In this document: one piece after another, positions 53,511 to 62,129 of the stretch
Layout of the letters: each line of letters starts with the position of its first letter
Numbering within the stretch: the stretch's first letter is position 1
Virus record (IMG/VR): IMGVR_UViG_3300025916_000008
Span: 40,845 to 104,844 of that record
Strand: one strand, 5' to 3'
Length of the DNA: 64,000 nucleotides
Source: a virus
Lineage: Duplodnaviria; Heunggongvirae; Uroviricota; Caudoviricetes
Translations under genes and position numbers: made by a program
Notes under the pieces: generated by a model
Seen by the model: the letters and a program-made list of their open reading frames with translations, nothing else
Told to the model about the DNA's origin: nothing
The model's database searches: none

Positions 53511-54007
53511 GGGATGGGGTCAAAGGGCGGTAACGGAGAGGTAACGATGCTGGCAGACGACTCGATAACGTCCATGATCACGGAAAGGTCACAGCCGCGA
53601 AGGGGCGGCATCCGCCCGGCGTCCACGAAGTCGAGCCACATGCCGGCCACCTCGGAGGCCGCCAGGCCGCCCTTCACCCGGTCAGCGGCCCAGCCGGGCA
53701 TACGCCCGTACCACTGCTTCCTGCCGGAGTCGGGCTTGCGCACCGGCTCCAGGCCCAGCTCGACCGCCCTGGCGACCAGGGCGCGGATCTGGGACCGGGT
53801 GAGGATCACCCGGGTGCCCGCGTCGAGGATCTCCCGGGCGACCGCCACCGGGTCGTTGCCGTCGTCGCGGCGGGCCGCCGCGTCCGCGCTGGCGCACCCC
53901 TGGTGCAGCTTGCGCCCGTAGAAGTAGAAGTACTCGTCCCCGAGGACGAACTCACCCTTGCACTCGTCGCAGGTGATCCCCGGTTCCCTTGCCGTCGCCG
54001 TCGCCAC
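53507..54007 (-). CDS. hypothetical protein with N-terminal Zn ribbon (CDEC...HQGC)
   Basis: 166 aa; its start overlaps the 3' end of the next gene by 56 nt. Confidence 0.45.
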   Translation of the reverse strand: MATATAREPGITCDECKGEFVLGDEYFYFYGRKLHQGCASADAAARRDDGNDPVAVAREILDAGTRVILTRSQIRALVARAVELGLEPVRKPDSGRKQWYGRMPGWAADRVKGGLAASEVAGMWLDFVDAGRMPPLRGCDLSVIMDVIESSASIVTSPLPPFDPIP

Positions 54008-54305
54008 TGAAGCCTCCCAAGGCTTCCGTGGCGAACTGGCCCTCCTCGTCCGGGTAGATCCCGTAAGCGGCCAGGATCGCGGCCGAGAGCTTGTCGGCGG
54101 CGGTGGCGGACAGCCGCCGCAGGAAGGCCCGCGCCTCGTCGAAGGCCGGGGACACGCCGTCCCGGGCCACCTTCCCGTCGAGCAGCTCCAGCATCGCGTC
54201 CGCCTGGCGCAGGTCCTCCGCGAGCGGCCAGATGTCTTCCCGGCCAGGCCACTTGCGCGGGTCCGGTCCCTCGTGGACCGGGACCTCCTCCGGGTTCGCG
54301 CTCAC
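53952..54305 (-). CDS. hypothetical protein
   Basis: GTG at 54305 is GTGA-coupled to the UDG stop; 117 aa. Confidence 0.4.
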   Translation of the reverse strand: MSANPEEVPVHEGPDPRKWPGREDIWPLAEDLRQADAMLELLDGKVARDGVSPAFDEARAFLRRLSATAADKLSAAILAAYGIYPDEEGQFATEALGGFSGDGDGKGTGDHLRRVQG

Positions 54306-54874
54306 GCGGCCGGGACCTTATATACCGAGGCGAGGGCTTCGATGGCCGCGTTCTTCCACTCGGGGACCTCGCGAGCTGAAAGCCGCATGATGTAGCTCGG
54401 GTGAGGCAGCGCCAGGAGCCTGCGGCCGTTCAGCTCGTGCCAGTGGAAGCGAGACTCCTCGAACCGGCCGATGGAGTCAGCGCCCAGGCCGCGCCAGGCG
54501 ACCGACCCGGCGGCGACGACCACGACGGGATTGACGGCATCCAGCTCGGCGGCGAGGCGCGGCTGCGACGCGGTGACCTCGAACGGGTAGGGAGTGCGGT
54601 TCCCGGGCGGACGCCACAGGACCACGTTGGTGACGTAGCACAGCTCCCAGGGGACCTCGGCCCTGGCGAAGATGTCCTGGAGGAGCTTCCCGGCGGGGCC
54701 GGTGAACGGCCTCCCGGTGCGTTCCTCCGTAGCGCCCGGGGCCTCGCCGACGACGGCGAGCGCGCCGTGCGGGCCGTGCCCGCGCACCATCTCCCGCCCC
54801 TCGGCCAGCCGGGCGAAGAGGGGATTGCCCGCGTACGCCTCGTACAGCGCGTCCAGTGACTGCTGCTCGCTCAT
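54302..54874 (-). CDS. udg: uracil-DNA glycosylase, family 4
   Basis: GEAPGATEERTGRPFTGPAGKLL (family-4 motif A) and LALPHPSYI (HPS motif B) at correct spacing. Confidence 0.85.
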   Translation of the reverse strand: MSEQQSLDALYEAYAGNPLFARLAEGREMVRGHGPHGALAVVGEAPGATEERTGRPFTGPAGKLLQDIFARAEVPWELCYVTNVVLWRPPGNRTPYPFEVTASQPRLAAELDAVNPVVVVAAGSVAWRGLGADSIGRFEESRFHWHELNGRRLLALPHPSYIMRLSAREVPEWKNAAIEALASVYKVPAA

Positions 54875-54896
54875 GTGTCTCCTCCCGGGAACCAGC

Positions 54897-55001
54897 GGGC
54901 CGGGCGGCTCGTGAGAGCGCCCGGCCCGGGGCGGCGGTCATCGGGACCGCCGCTGCAAGGAACAAGCAGCCGTCCCTCCCCGCGTACGCCCGTGGGGAGG
55001 G
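54897..55001. other. two GC-rich hairpins in 179-nt intergenic spacer upstream of udg
   Basis: 10-bp stem gggccgggcg / cgcccggccc (54897-54927) and 8-bp stem ccctcccc / ggggaggg (54974-55001). Confidence 0.45.
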
Positions 55002-55024
55002 GGGACTACCAGGAACTCCAGGAT

Positions 55025-55043
55025 AATACAGCTTTTCTTGACA
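55025..55043 (+). promoter_or_regulatory. 19-bp motif copy (aatacagcttttcttgaca) between two leftward genes
   Basis: 18 of 19 match; plus-strand orientation although both flanking genes are on the minus strand. Confidence 0.65.
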
Positions 55044-55053
55044 GCACAAGGGG

Positions 55054-55800
55054 TCAGGCGAGGCTCGTCAGTTCCTTGTAGCCCTCCTGCGGGAAGTCGC
55101 CCTCGCGCCGCGCGGTCCGGGCCGTCGGGTGACCCTTGGTGGCCTTGCGCCACTCCGGGTACCGCTCGCCCCACTGGCTGGTAACGGTGCCCCCGGTCAT
55201 CACGATGACGTAGCCGTCGGGCTGCACCTCGAATGGGGAGCTGAGCAGGTCCATGTGGTCGTACGGGGCTCCGGCGGCGTCCGGGTCGAACCAGGCCGGG
55301 AACACGAAGTCGGACACCGTGCCGGTCACCTCGGTGCCCTCCTCGGTCCGCACGGTCATCTGGTAGGAATCGCTCTCCACCGGGTCGCCCACCTCGCGGG
55401 CAACCAGGGAGCCGTCGGCCCGCTGCGCCCAGCCGTTGCAGGCGGCGTCGCCGAGCGTCTCCAGCACCTCGTGCGACAGCACCGAGCACACCGACAGCTT
55501 GCCGGCGAGGATGCCGCCGCCGTTCTCCAGCACCGGCTTGGCGAACACCCGTCCGTAGACGCTGGCGTCCGGTCCCTCGGTGTGCCAGCCGAGGTCCCCC
55601 GCCTGGTCGGCGTTGTCGAGGATGCCGATCATCGCGTCGTAGTGCAGCACCGAGGGCTGCTTCAGGAAAGTCACCATGGACGGCTGCACCCCCCACGCGG
55701 GAGCGAAGTGGTCGCGCGCCTGGCGGTCGACCAGGAGCGTCATGGCGTAAGCGTCCTGGTCGGTGACCGAGGTGCTCAGGTTCTGGACGGCGATGATCAA
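55054..55800 (-). CDS. hypothetical protein (248 aa)
   Basis: ORF; ATGA-coupled. Confidence 0.5.
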   Translation of the reverse strand: MIIAVQNLSTSVTDQDAYAMTLLVDRQARDHFAPAWGVQPSMVTFLKQPSVLHYDAMIGILDNADQAGDLGWHTEGPDASVYGRVFAKPVLENGGGILAGKLSVCSVLSHEVLETLGDAACNGWAQRADGSLVAREVGDPVESDSYQMTVRTEEGTEVTGTVSDFVFPAWFDPDAAGAPYDHMDLLSSPFEVQPDGYVIVMTGGTVTSQWGERYPEWRKATKGHPTARTARREGDFPQEGYKELTSLA

Positions 55801-56111
55801 GGCTCCTCCGTGACAACAGGGCGGTCGGGGGCGTTGCTCGCCCAGCGCCAGCGGTGCTCGTCCACCAGCCGGTGGTCCTCGGCGATCCTCGCCGGGTCGT
55901 TCGTCTTCACGTTCAGCAGCTCGATGATGACGTTGCCGCGCTCCAGGAACGTGCAGTCCTTCACCGGCTCGCTGGACCAGCCGTCGGCCAGCTCGATGAA
56001 GTCGCCGGGGCGCGGCACGGCGTGCACCGAGCGGGTGGTCTCCATGCAGTAGATCCCCGCAGGGGCGGGGGCGCTGACGTACAGGTGCCGCCGGACGGTG
56101 ACCGGGATCAC
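55797..56111 (-). CDS. hypothetical protein
   Basis: Val65 of ORF 55797-56303 lies exactly at the GTGA overlap with the upstream stop (GTG at 56111); alternatively ATG at 56045. Confidence 0.4.
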   Translation of the reverse strand: MIPVTVRRHLYVSAPAPAGIYCMETTRSVHAVPRPGDFIELADGWSSEPVKDCTFLERGNVIIELLNVKTNDPARIAEDHRLVDEHRWRWASNAPDRPVVTEEP

Positions 56112-56401
56112 CCGGCCGCCCTCCGCGCCTCGTCCTTCCAGTTGATGGAGTGGCCGCCGGCCCACTGCATCATGACGCCGACGAACCGCTTCGCGGCGTC
56201 GCTCCACCGGGACTCGTCGCCCTCGGCGATCAGGCGGCCGTCCTCCTCCCGGAGGATCAGCAGCATGGTGCTGCCGTCGGCGGAGGGGATCTCGATCCGC
56301 CACGGCGGCGGGGCCAGGTTCGCGGGGGCGATGTTGCCCTGCATGACCGGGCCGGACGGCGTGAGGCGCTTGCGCATCTCCTCGGGGTACTGGGAGGTCA
56401 C
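56108..56401 (-). CDS. hypothetical protein
   Basis: Val55 of ORF 56108-56563 falls on the GTGA overlap (GTG at 56401). Confidence 0.4.
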   Translation of the reverse strand: MTSQYPEEMRKRLTPSGPVMQGNIAPANLAPPPWRIEIPSADGSTMLLILREEDGRLIAEGDESRWSDAAKRFVGVMMQWAGGHSINWKDEARRAAG

Positions 56402-56655
56402 GGCGTCACTCCTGGGATCTTGGTGAAGTCGGCGAACGGGTCGGGGTCGCGGGCCATCTTCTCCCAGCCGGGGTTGTCCTTCTCCCACCGGGCTCGGCGG
56501 CGGATCGCCTCCGGGAGGGTCCTCGGGCAGTGCGGGCCGGGGTGCAGCTCGGCCAGGGAGCACCAGTGGTCGATGAGGCCGTCGGGGGTCTGCTGTTCCC
56601 GGCAGGTGCGCTGCGGGAACTCGGCGAACTTCACCTCGGGCAAGTCGTCGCTCAT
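56398..56655 (-). CDS. hypothetical Cys-containing protein
   Basis: Met111 of ORF 56398-56985 falls on the ATGA overlap with the giant gene stop; GGAGGG SD. Confidence 0.4.
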   Translation of the reverse strand: MSDDLPEVKFAEFPQRTCREQQTPDGLIDHWCSLAELHPGPHCPRTLPEAIRRRARWEKDNPGWEKMARDPDPFADFTKIPGVTP

Positions 56656-59600
56656 GCAGCCCTCCCTGTCAGCGGGAAACTTACCACGTCGTCCCCTCGC
56701 TTCACGTGCAGGTGAGTGAACCTCAGCGGCACCGCCGGGTGCGGCTCCGGCAGCTCGTCGCCCTCCTGCATGTAGGTCAGCGTGATGTGCGGCTTCCAGT
56801 CCTTGTGCTCGCTGGCGGAGAGGTCCTCCAGCAGGCGGCGCAGGCGGCCTACCCCGCCGATGTAGGCCGGGACGTAGGCGGGGACCTTGCCGTCGCTGCT
56901 CGCGCTGGGCGGGAAGATGCCGATCCCCCTCAGCACCCCCTCCAGCGGCGGGCACTGGGCGGCGGCGGCCCTGGCGCGCCTGCACGCCTCCTCGAACGCC
57001 TTGTCGCTGAGACCGGACCCGAGGTAGACGATGGTGACGTGGTGGTCGTCCACCCCGCCGGGCACCGGCCGCACAGTGCCCGGCGGGAGATCGAGGTAGA
57101 TCATCCCGCTGCGGGGCTTCAGGTCATAGCCTGCGGCGGCAGTCCGGCCAGGGCGCGCCTCCCGGCAGCCGGGGCACCCCAGCTCGTGCGCGAGGCCCAG
57201 GTCGTGCCGCTCGCGCACGACGCGCAGCGGGTGAGCTGAGCGCCTGTCCCCCTCGAACTCGCCCTGGGGGTCGTCCTCGTGCGGCCCGGTCGGCTCTACC
57301 TCGTACACGTGCGGGTAGGTCGTCCAGCCGGGAGAGTCCTCCTCGTTCAGGTACCTGGAGCCTTCCTCTGCCCACCTGGCCGCGTCATGCGGGGACCTGG
57401 TGAAGAAGACGTGCGGCAGCGGCCCGTCGTCCGCGTTCACCGGGTCATGGCCGGGCTCAATGAGGTCGTCCTCGGCGAGCCGGAACGGCGAGCCGTGGTA
57501 CCAGCGCTCCACGGCCCCGCCGCGCGCCCACGGCTTCAGGGTGGCCTCCTCGTTCCTGCGGAACTCGTCTTCGCGGTCGAGGCGCTCCTGCTCGAAACGC
57601 CTCTCCATGTCGGCCCGCTCGTGAGCCTTGCGCCGCTCGGGGTGCCGGGCGTACTCGGAAGCCTGCGTGGCGCGCTCGGCCGGGGACAGGCCGGTCAGCG
57701 GGAAGCTGTGCACCTCGTCGCCCCGGCGCACGTGCACGTGGGTGAACGACACCCCTACCTGCGGGTGCGGCCCCGGGTCGGGGTCGTTGCCGGTGAGCTG
57801 CGCCCTGGTGACGTGCGGGGTGTACTGCTCGTAGTGCGCCCGGTCGAACTCGCCGAACTCCTGCTGGAGCCGGTGCACGCCGGGGATGCGGGCCGGGACC
57901 ACCGCGACGCGGCGCTTGTCCGACGGAGCGCCCGGCGGGAACGTCAGGTGGCCGCCGAGCGTGCCCCGCAGCGGCGGGTACCGGGTGGCCGCCTCCCTGG
58001 CCCGGTCGACCACCTTGGCGAAGTCTTCATCGCCGATCGCCCTTGGCAGGTAGGCCAGCGCGATGTGGTGGCCGCCCTCCTGCCCCTGGTACGGCTCGAC
58101 CGTCCCGTGGGGAACGTCGAGGTACACCATCGCGTTGCCCGGGGTCCTCCTCGGGCGCTGCTGGCCGCCGGAGGGGGCTGCCGCCTCGCGGCGGATGCCG
58201 ACGTCGGAGTAGTCGGTGGCCCCGCTGCCCCGGTAGGCGACCGGGACGTGGCGGCCGACCGGGTGCCAGGTCCATCCCGGCCCGTTGCGCTCCGGGTGCA
58301 GCGGGGCGATGGCCCCGCGCTCGTCGGCGTCCGGCTCGCCTACCCAGGCTCCCTCCACGTGCACGGTCTTCCCAGGATGCAGCCGGACCTCCTTCTCCGA
58401 CGGCATCGACTCGTGCTTCCCGCTCCACATCGGGTGGGACCGGGGGATCGCCTGCGCCTGCGGGTGCTCGACGCGGGCCTGCCAGATCACCGGGTAGCGG
58501 CCCTCGTGCTGCTGGCCGGTGATCACCTGGTGCGGGACCACCGACCAGTGGATGCCCACCGAGTCAGGGTCGTGCGGCGAGTCGTCCTCGAAGTCGCGCC
58601 GCTCGCCGCGCCAGATCCGGGTGCCGGGCACCGGGTTCCTGGCCAGGTCGAGCTGCGGGTCCCGGTGGCGGCTGTACGGGGCGGCGACGGCCTCCTCCTG
58701 CTCGGGCGGCATCGGCGGCAGGTGCGACTGGTCCGGGGGCATGTGCGGGCTCCGGCCGCTCCCCGGAAAGTCGCGGGACAGCCCGGTGGCGTGGCGGTGG
58801 TGCGCCACCTGCGTCACCGCGTCGGGGTAGCGGTCGCGCATCTCCTGCGCCGCGTCCCCGTGGCCCGCGCCGTCCAGCATCAGCGCCTGGTGCCAGACGA
58901 AGCCCCCGCCGTGATCACGGTCGTCGGGGTCCATCTGCGCCGGGTCGGGGTCCCGGTGGCCGCCGGCCTGGCTGGCACGCGCCGCCGCCTGGAGGGCGTG
59001 CCGACGGATGGTGACGTGGTGCGCCGCCTCGTGCGCCAGGGTCAGCGCGTTGTCCTGCTCCGGGTGCAGCATGACGCCCAGGCTCCCGTCCTCGCCGGTC
59101 GCCGGCTGGGACACCCGCTGCTCCGGGTGCGGGTGCGGAGCCGCCCACGCCCGGCCGCCTTCCTCGTCGGGGATGATGAAGGACGCCCGGTGCAGCATCT
59201 GCCGCAGCACTGGGGTGCGCTCCTCCCCCAGCGGCCGGGTCAGGTCCGGGTAGGCGCTGCGGAGGTGATCCTGGAGGATGGACACCACGGCCCGGTTCGG
59301 CTCGCGCTCGGCCTGCTGCTGCCACTGCGGTGCGGCGGCGGCGGCGGTGCGGCGGCCGGACGGCGGCGTCTCGTCCGGTTCCTCGTAGTCCTCGTCCAGC
59401 GGGTGGCGGGCGAGGCGGTGCGGCTGCGCGCCGGGGATGAACAGGTGCCGGTGGTCAATCCAGTCGCCGACGCGCCGGACCTTTTGCAGCAGCGGCTCCC
59501 CGTCGTAGCCGACGCCGGACATCTCGCCTCGCACCAGGTGGCCGGTCTCCCCGGGCCGGTCGTTCCCCTGGCGGCGGTTCTTCTCGGCCTTCAGGACGCG

Positions 59601-62129
59601 CCCCCGCATCTCCTCCTGCGGGTCGTTGCCGTACTCTTCGGTAGGGATGTCGCAGTCCTCGTCGCAGCTCTCGTCGTGCTCGTGGTCCCGGTCCAGCCCG
59701 TGGCCGATCACCGGCTCCCCGTGCCGGTCCAGGTCGTAGGCGCTGACTCCCCACTCGTGGTAGCCCCCCGCCGGGCTGAACGACCGCTCGTTCTCCGGCC
59801 AGTGACCGAACCGCAGGTAGACACCGCTGGTTTCGGAGCCGCTGGTGTCGGGCTGCCAGGAGGCCGTCTTCGGCTCTGCGGCTGCTGTCGTACCGGGCAG
59901 CTCGCCGCCGTGCTGGCGGTGGTAGTCCAGCACCCGGTCGCGCACCTCGTCGGGCTCGTCGTGCTCGCTGGCGTCCTCCCAGGTGCGCTGGTGAGGCTCC
60001 GGCTCAGCCCGCCACGGGGCGATGTGCTCGACGTGGGTGACCTCGATGTCGTCGGGGTCGGCGATGGCCGAGATGCTCTTCGGCGCGCCCCTCGGCCAGT
60101 CCTGGTGCTTCTGGATGGCCTTCGTGGATGCCTCGCCGCCCCGGGTGGCGTCGGTGTCGTACGGTCCCTCCACGCCGTTGCCGTAGGTGATCCCGTGGTG
60201 CCCCTGCTCGCGCAGGTGCGCCTTGAAGCCCGCGAGGATCTCCGGCATGTGCGGGTGCCACTGGAGGAGCGACTGCGCCTTCTGCCCCAGTCGCCAGCGC
60301 TGTCCCGGGTCACCGGGAACCTGGGAGAAGTCGCGGTGCGTGCCCTCCTGGTCGGAGTAGTTCCACGCCATGGTCCCGTTGAGCTTGTCGTCGTGCCAGT
60401 GCGGGTAGTGCCCTGAGGCCCAGTCCGCCATCGCGATGTTGAGGTGGTCCTCGGTCGGGAAGTGAGCAGGGCTGCCGCCGCGCAGCCGGGCGTGCACGAT
60501 CGCGGCGGAGGTACTGGAGATGCCGCCCCCGGCGAACTTGTGGCCCACCTCGTGCAGAGGGCTGAAGTGGACGCCCAGGTGCTGGTTCGGCTGCGTCCAC
60601 CCGGAGTTCATCACCCGCTGGTCCGGCGGGAGGGCCGCCCGCTGCGCCTCGTCGGAGTACTTGCGACGGCCGCTGAAGTCCGGCTCGCCCCGGGTCCCGT
60701 GGAACCAGATGTACGCCCAGTCGTCCCGCCCGCCGAACTGCGGGTCTCCGTGGTAGGGGTTGCGCAGGTACCCCTGGGCCGCCGTCCTGGTCAGCGCCAG
60801 CTCCCTGATGTGGTCCAGGACGTGGCGCGGGGCGTAGGCCAGCCACTTCTCGGTCAGGTTGGCAGGGTCGTCCCAGCCGGTGCCCTCCGGGGAGAACGCC
60901 TGCGAGCGCCCGGCGTGCAGCCGGTCCCACAGCGCCCTGGCCTCGCGGGTGCGGGCCGGCTCGGGCATCCGCAGGATCGCGCGGGCCTCGGCCGCGACTG
61001 CCCTCGCCTGGGCGAGGAAGGCCGGGTCGAAGTCGGCGATCGTGTGCCCCGGCAGGTGCGGCGGCTGCACCGACCAGCGGCCGTGCGTCAGGTCGTAGGC
61101 GGCGTACGGGCGGATCTGGGTGACGTCCCAGGCCCGCTGGTTGCAGAACCCGGTCAGCGCCCACGTGCCGCCGAACGACGGCCGCCAGTGGTCGTCGTTG
61201 AAGTGCCGGTGGAACGCCGCGTTCAGCACTGAGGCCGCCGTCCCGGCGTCCGTCCCCTCGAAGGCGCTGTGCCGCTGCGCCTCGCGCAGGTCGATCGCGA
61301 CGATGACGTCCAGGTCGCGGGCGGTGCCGTTCGGCCGGGGGCCGGCCCACTCCGACACCGCGCCGCCGAGCAGGTACACCCGCGTCCAGTCCTGCCAGTC
61401 GCTTCCGGCCAGGCCGGAGTCGGTCCGGATGCACTGGTCGAGGCGCGTCATCACGCAGTGACGCACGTCCGGCCGGAGACGGCCGTGCTCGTCGAACAGG
61501 TCCTGGTCCAGCCCGGTGGTCGGGCCGAAGATGCCCGAGCTGGGCTGCCACCGCACGGCCTCCCTCGGCGGGTGCACCCGCTCCAGGTGGGCGGCCGACG
61601 GGACGACGGCGGAGATCGAGCCGTAGTCCTCCCCGTCGTTCCGGTAGAAGTAGCCGCGCCGGGCCTGCCCCCGGGTGATCTGGGCGCGCATCCGGCCGTT
61701 GGCGTGCGCGTCGTCCATCGGGATGGCGGGGTGGTTGGTCATCGGGCCGGTGATCCGCACCGGGAAGATGCCCGGCCGCGCGTCCATCGGCACCTGGTGT
61801 CCGGTCGAGTACGTCGCCCGGCCCGACGGGTAGCGCGGTGCCTCCAGCTCCCGCTCGGCCCCGGTGACGGTGTAAGGCTTCAGGAGGGTCTTGCCGTACT
61901 CGCGGGTGCCGTCCCAGTCGCCTTCCAGGGGGGTCCCGATGCGGGCGTTCAGCGCCTGCCGGGCGGACTCCTCGGTGCCGACGTGAAGGCCGTAAGCCTG
62001 CCTACTCTGCTGGTCCCAGGTTCGCTCGTCCGGTGTCCCGTGGTAGAAGATCCAGTCGCTCTGCCCGGCCGTCACCGCCCTGGCGGCAGGGCGGGACGGC
62101 GCTAGCGATTTGGGCGGTGATCCTCGCAC
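56652..62129 (-). CDS. giant (1825 aa) polyvalent protein: ART-fold-like modules, HExxH zincin motif, two 2H phosphoesterase domains
   Basis: Three [FWY]HG[ST] modules at residues ~28, ~476 and ~1544. HEAAH at residues 1033-1037 (nt 59019-59033). Two tandem domains each with two H-x-T/S-x motifs at residues 1334-1480 and 1676-1825. Possible GG..S-x13-DLDV NTase motif at residues 253-275. Confidence 0.65.
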   Translation of the reverse strand: MRGSPPKSLAPSRPAARAVTAGQSDWIFYHGTPDERTWDQQSRQAYGLHVGTEESARQALNARIGTPLEGDWDGTREYGKTLLKPYTVTGAERELEAPRYPSGRATYSTGHQVPMDARPGIFPVRITGPMTNHPAIPMDDAHANGRMRAQITRGQARRGYFYRNDGEDYGSISAVVPSAAHLERVHPPREAVRWQPSSGIFGPTTGLDQDLFDEHGRLRPDVRHCVMTRLDQCIRTDSGLAGSDWQDWTRVYLLGGAVSEWAGPRPNGTARDLDVIVAIDLREAQRHSAFEGTDAGTAASVLNAAFHRHFNDDHWRPSFGGTWALTGFCNQRAWDVTQIRPYAAYDLTHGRWSVQPPHLPGHTIADFDPAFLAQARAVAAEARAILRMPEPARTREARALWDRLHAGRSQAFSPEGTGWDDPANLTEKWLAYAPRHVLDHIRELALTRTAAQGYLRNPYHGDPQFGGRDDWAYIWFHGTRGEPDFSGRRKYSDEAQRAALPPDQRVMNSGWTQPNQHLGVHFSPLHEVGHKFAGGGISSTSAAIVHARLRGGSPAHFPTEDHLNIAMADWASGHYPHWHDDKLNGTMAWNYSDQEGTHRDFSQVPGDPGQRWRLGQKAQSLLQWHPHMPEILAGFKAHLREQGHHGITYGNGVEGPYDTDATRGGEASTKAIQKHQDWPRGAPKSISAIADPDDIEVTHVEHIAPWRAEPEPHQRTWEDASEHDEPDEVRDRVLDYHRQHGGELPGTTAAAEPKTASWQPDTSGSETSGVYLRFGHWPENERSFSPAGGYHEWGVSAYDLDRHGEPVIGHGLDRDHEHDESCDEDCDIPTEEYGNDPQEEMRGRVLKAEKNRRQGNDRPGETGHLVRGEMSGVGYDGEPLLQKVRRVGDWIDHRHLFIPGAQPHRLARHPLDEDYEEPDETPPSGRRTAAAAAPQWQQQAEREPNRAVVSILQDHLRSAYPDLTRPLGEERTPVLRQMLHRASFIIPDEEGGRAWAAPHPHPEQRVSQPATGEDGSLGVMLHPEQDNALTLAHEAAHHVTIRRHALQAAARASQAGGHRDPDPAQMDPDDRDHGGGFVWHQALMLDGAGHGDAAQEMRDRYPDAVTQVAHHRHATGLSRDFPGSGRSPHMPPDQSHLPPMPPEQEEAVAAPYSRHRDPQLDLARNPVPGTRIWRGERRDFEDDSPHDPDSVGIHWSVVPHQVITGQQHEGRYPVIWQARVEHPQAQAIPRSHPMWSGKHESMPSEKEVRLHPGKTVHVEGAWVGEPDADERGAIAPLHPERNGPGWTWHPVGRHVPVAYRGSGATDYSDVGIRREAAAPSGGQQRPRRTPGNAMVYLDVPHGTVEPYQGQEGGHHIALAYLPRAIGDEDFAKVVDRAREAATRYPPLRGTLGGHLTFPPGAPSDKRRVAVVPARIPGVHRLQQEFGEFDRAHYEQYTPHVTRAQLTGNDPDPGPHPQVGVSFTHVHVRRGDEVHSFPLTGLSPAERATQASEYARHPERRKAHERADMERRFEQERLDREDEFRRNEEATLKPWARGGAVERWYHGSPFRLAEDDLIEPGHDPVNADDGPLPHVFFTRSPHDAARWAEEGSRYLNEEDSPGWTTYPHVYEVEPTGPHEDDPQGEFEGDRRSAHPLRVVRERHDLGLAHELGCPGCREARPGRTAAAGYDLKPRSGMIYLDLPPGTVRPVPGGVDDHHVTIVYLGSGLSDKAFEEACRRARAAAAQCPPLEGVLRGIGIFPPSASSDGKVPAYVPAYIGGVGRLRRLLEDLSASEHKDWKPHITLTYMQEGDELPEPHPAVPLRFTHLHVKRGDDVVSFPLTGRAA

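Noticed and set aside
57279-60416. 1045-aa plus-strand ORF inside the giant gene (and similar ones at 10035-12182, 49248-51056, 51183-53087, 62582-63631)
   Set aside because: Shadow ORFs: Arg/Val/Leu/Gly-rich, no start context, each nested in a better-supported gene on the other strand.
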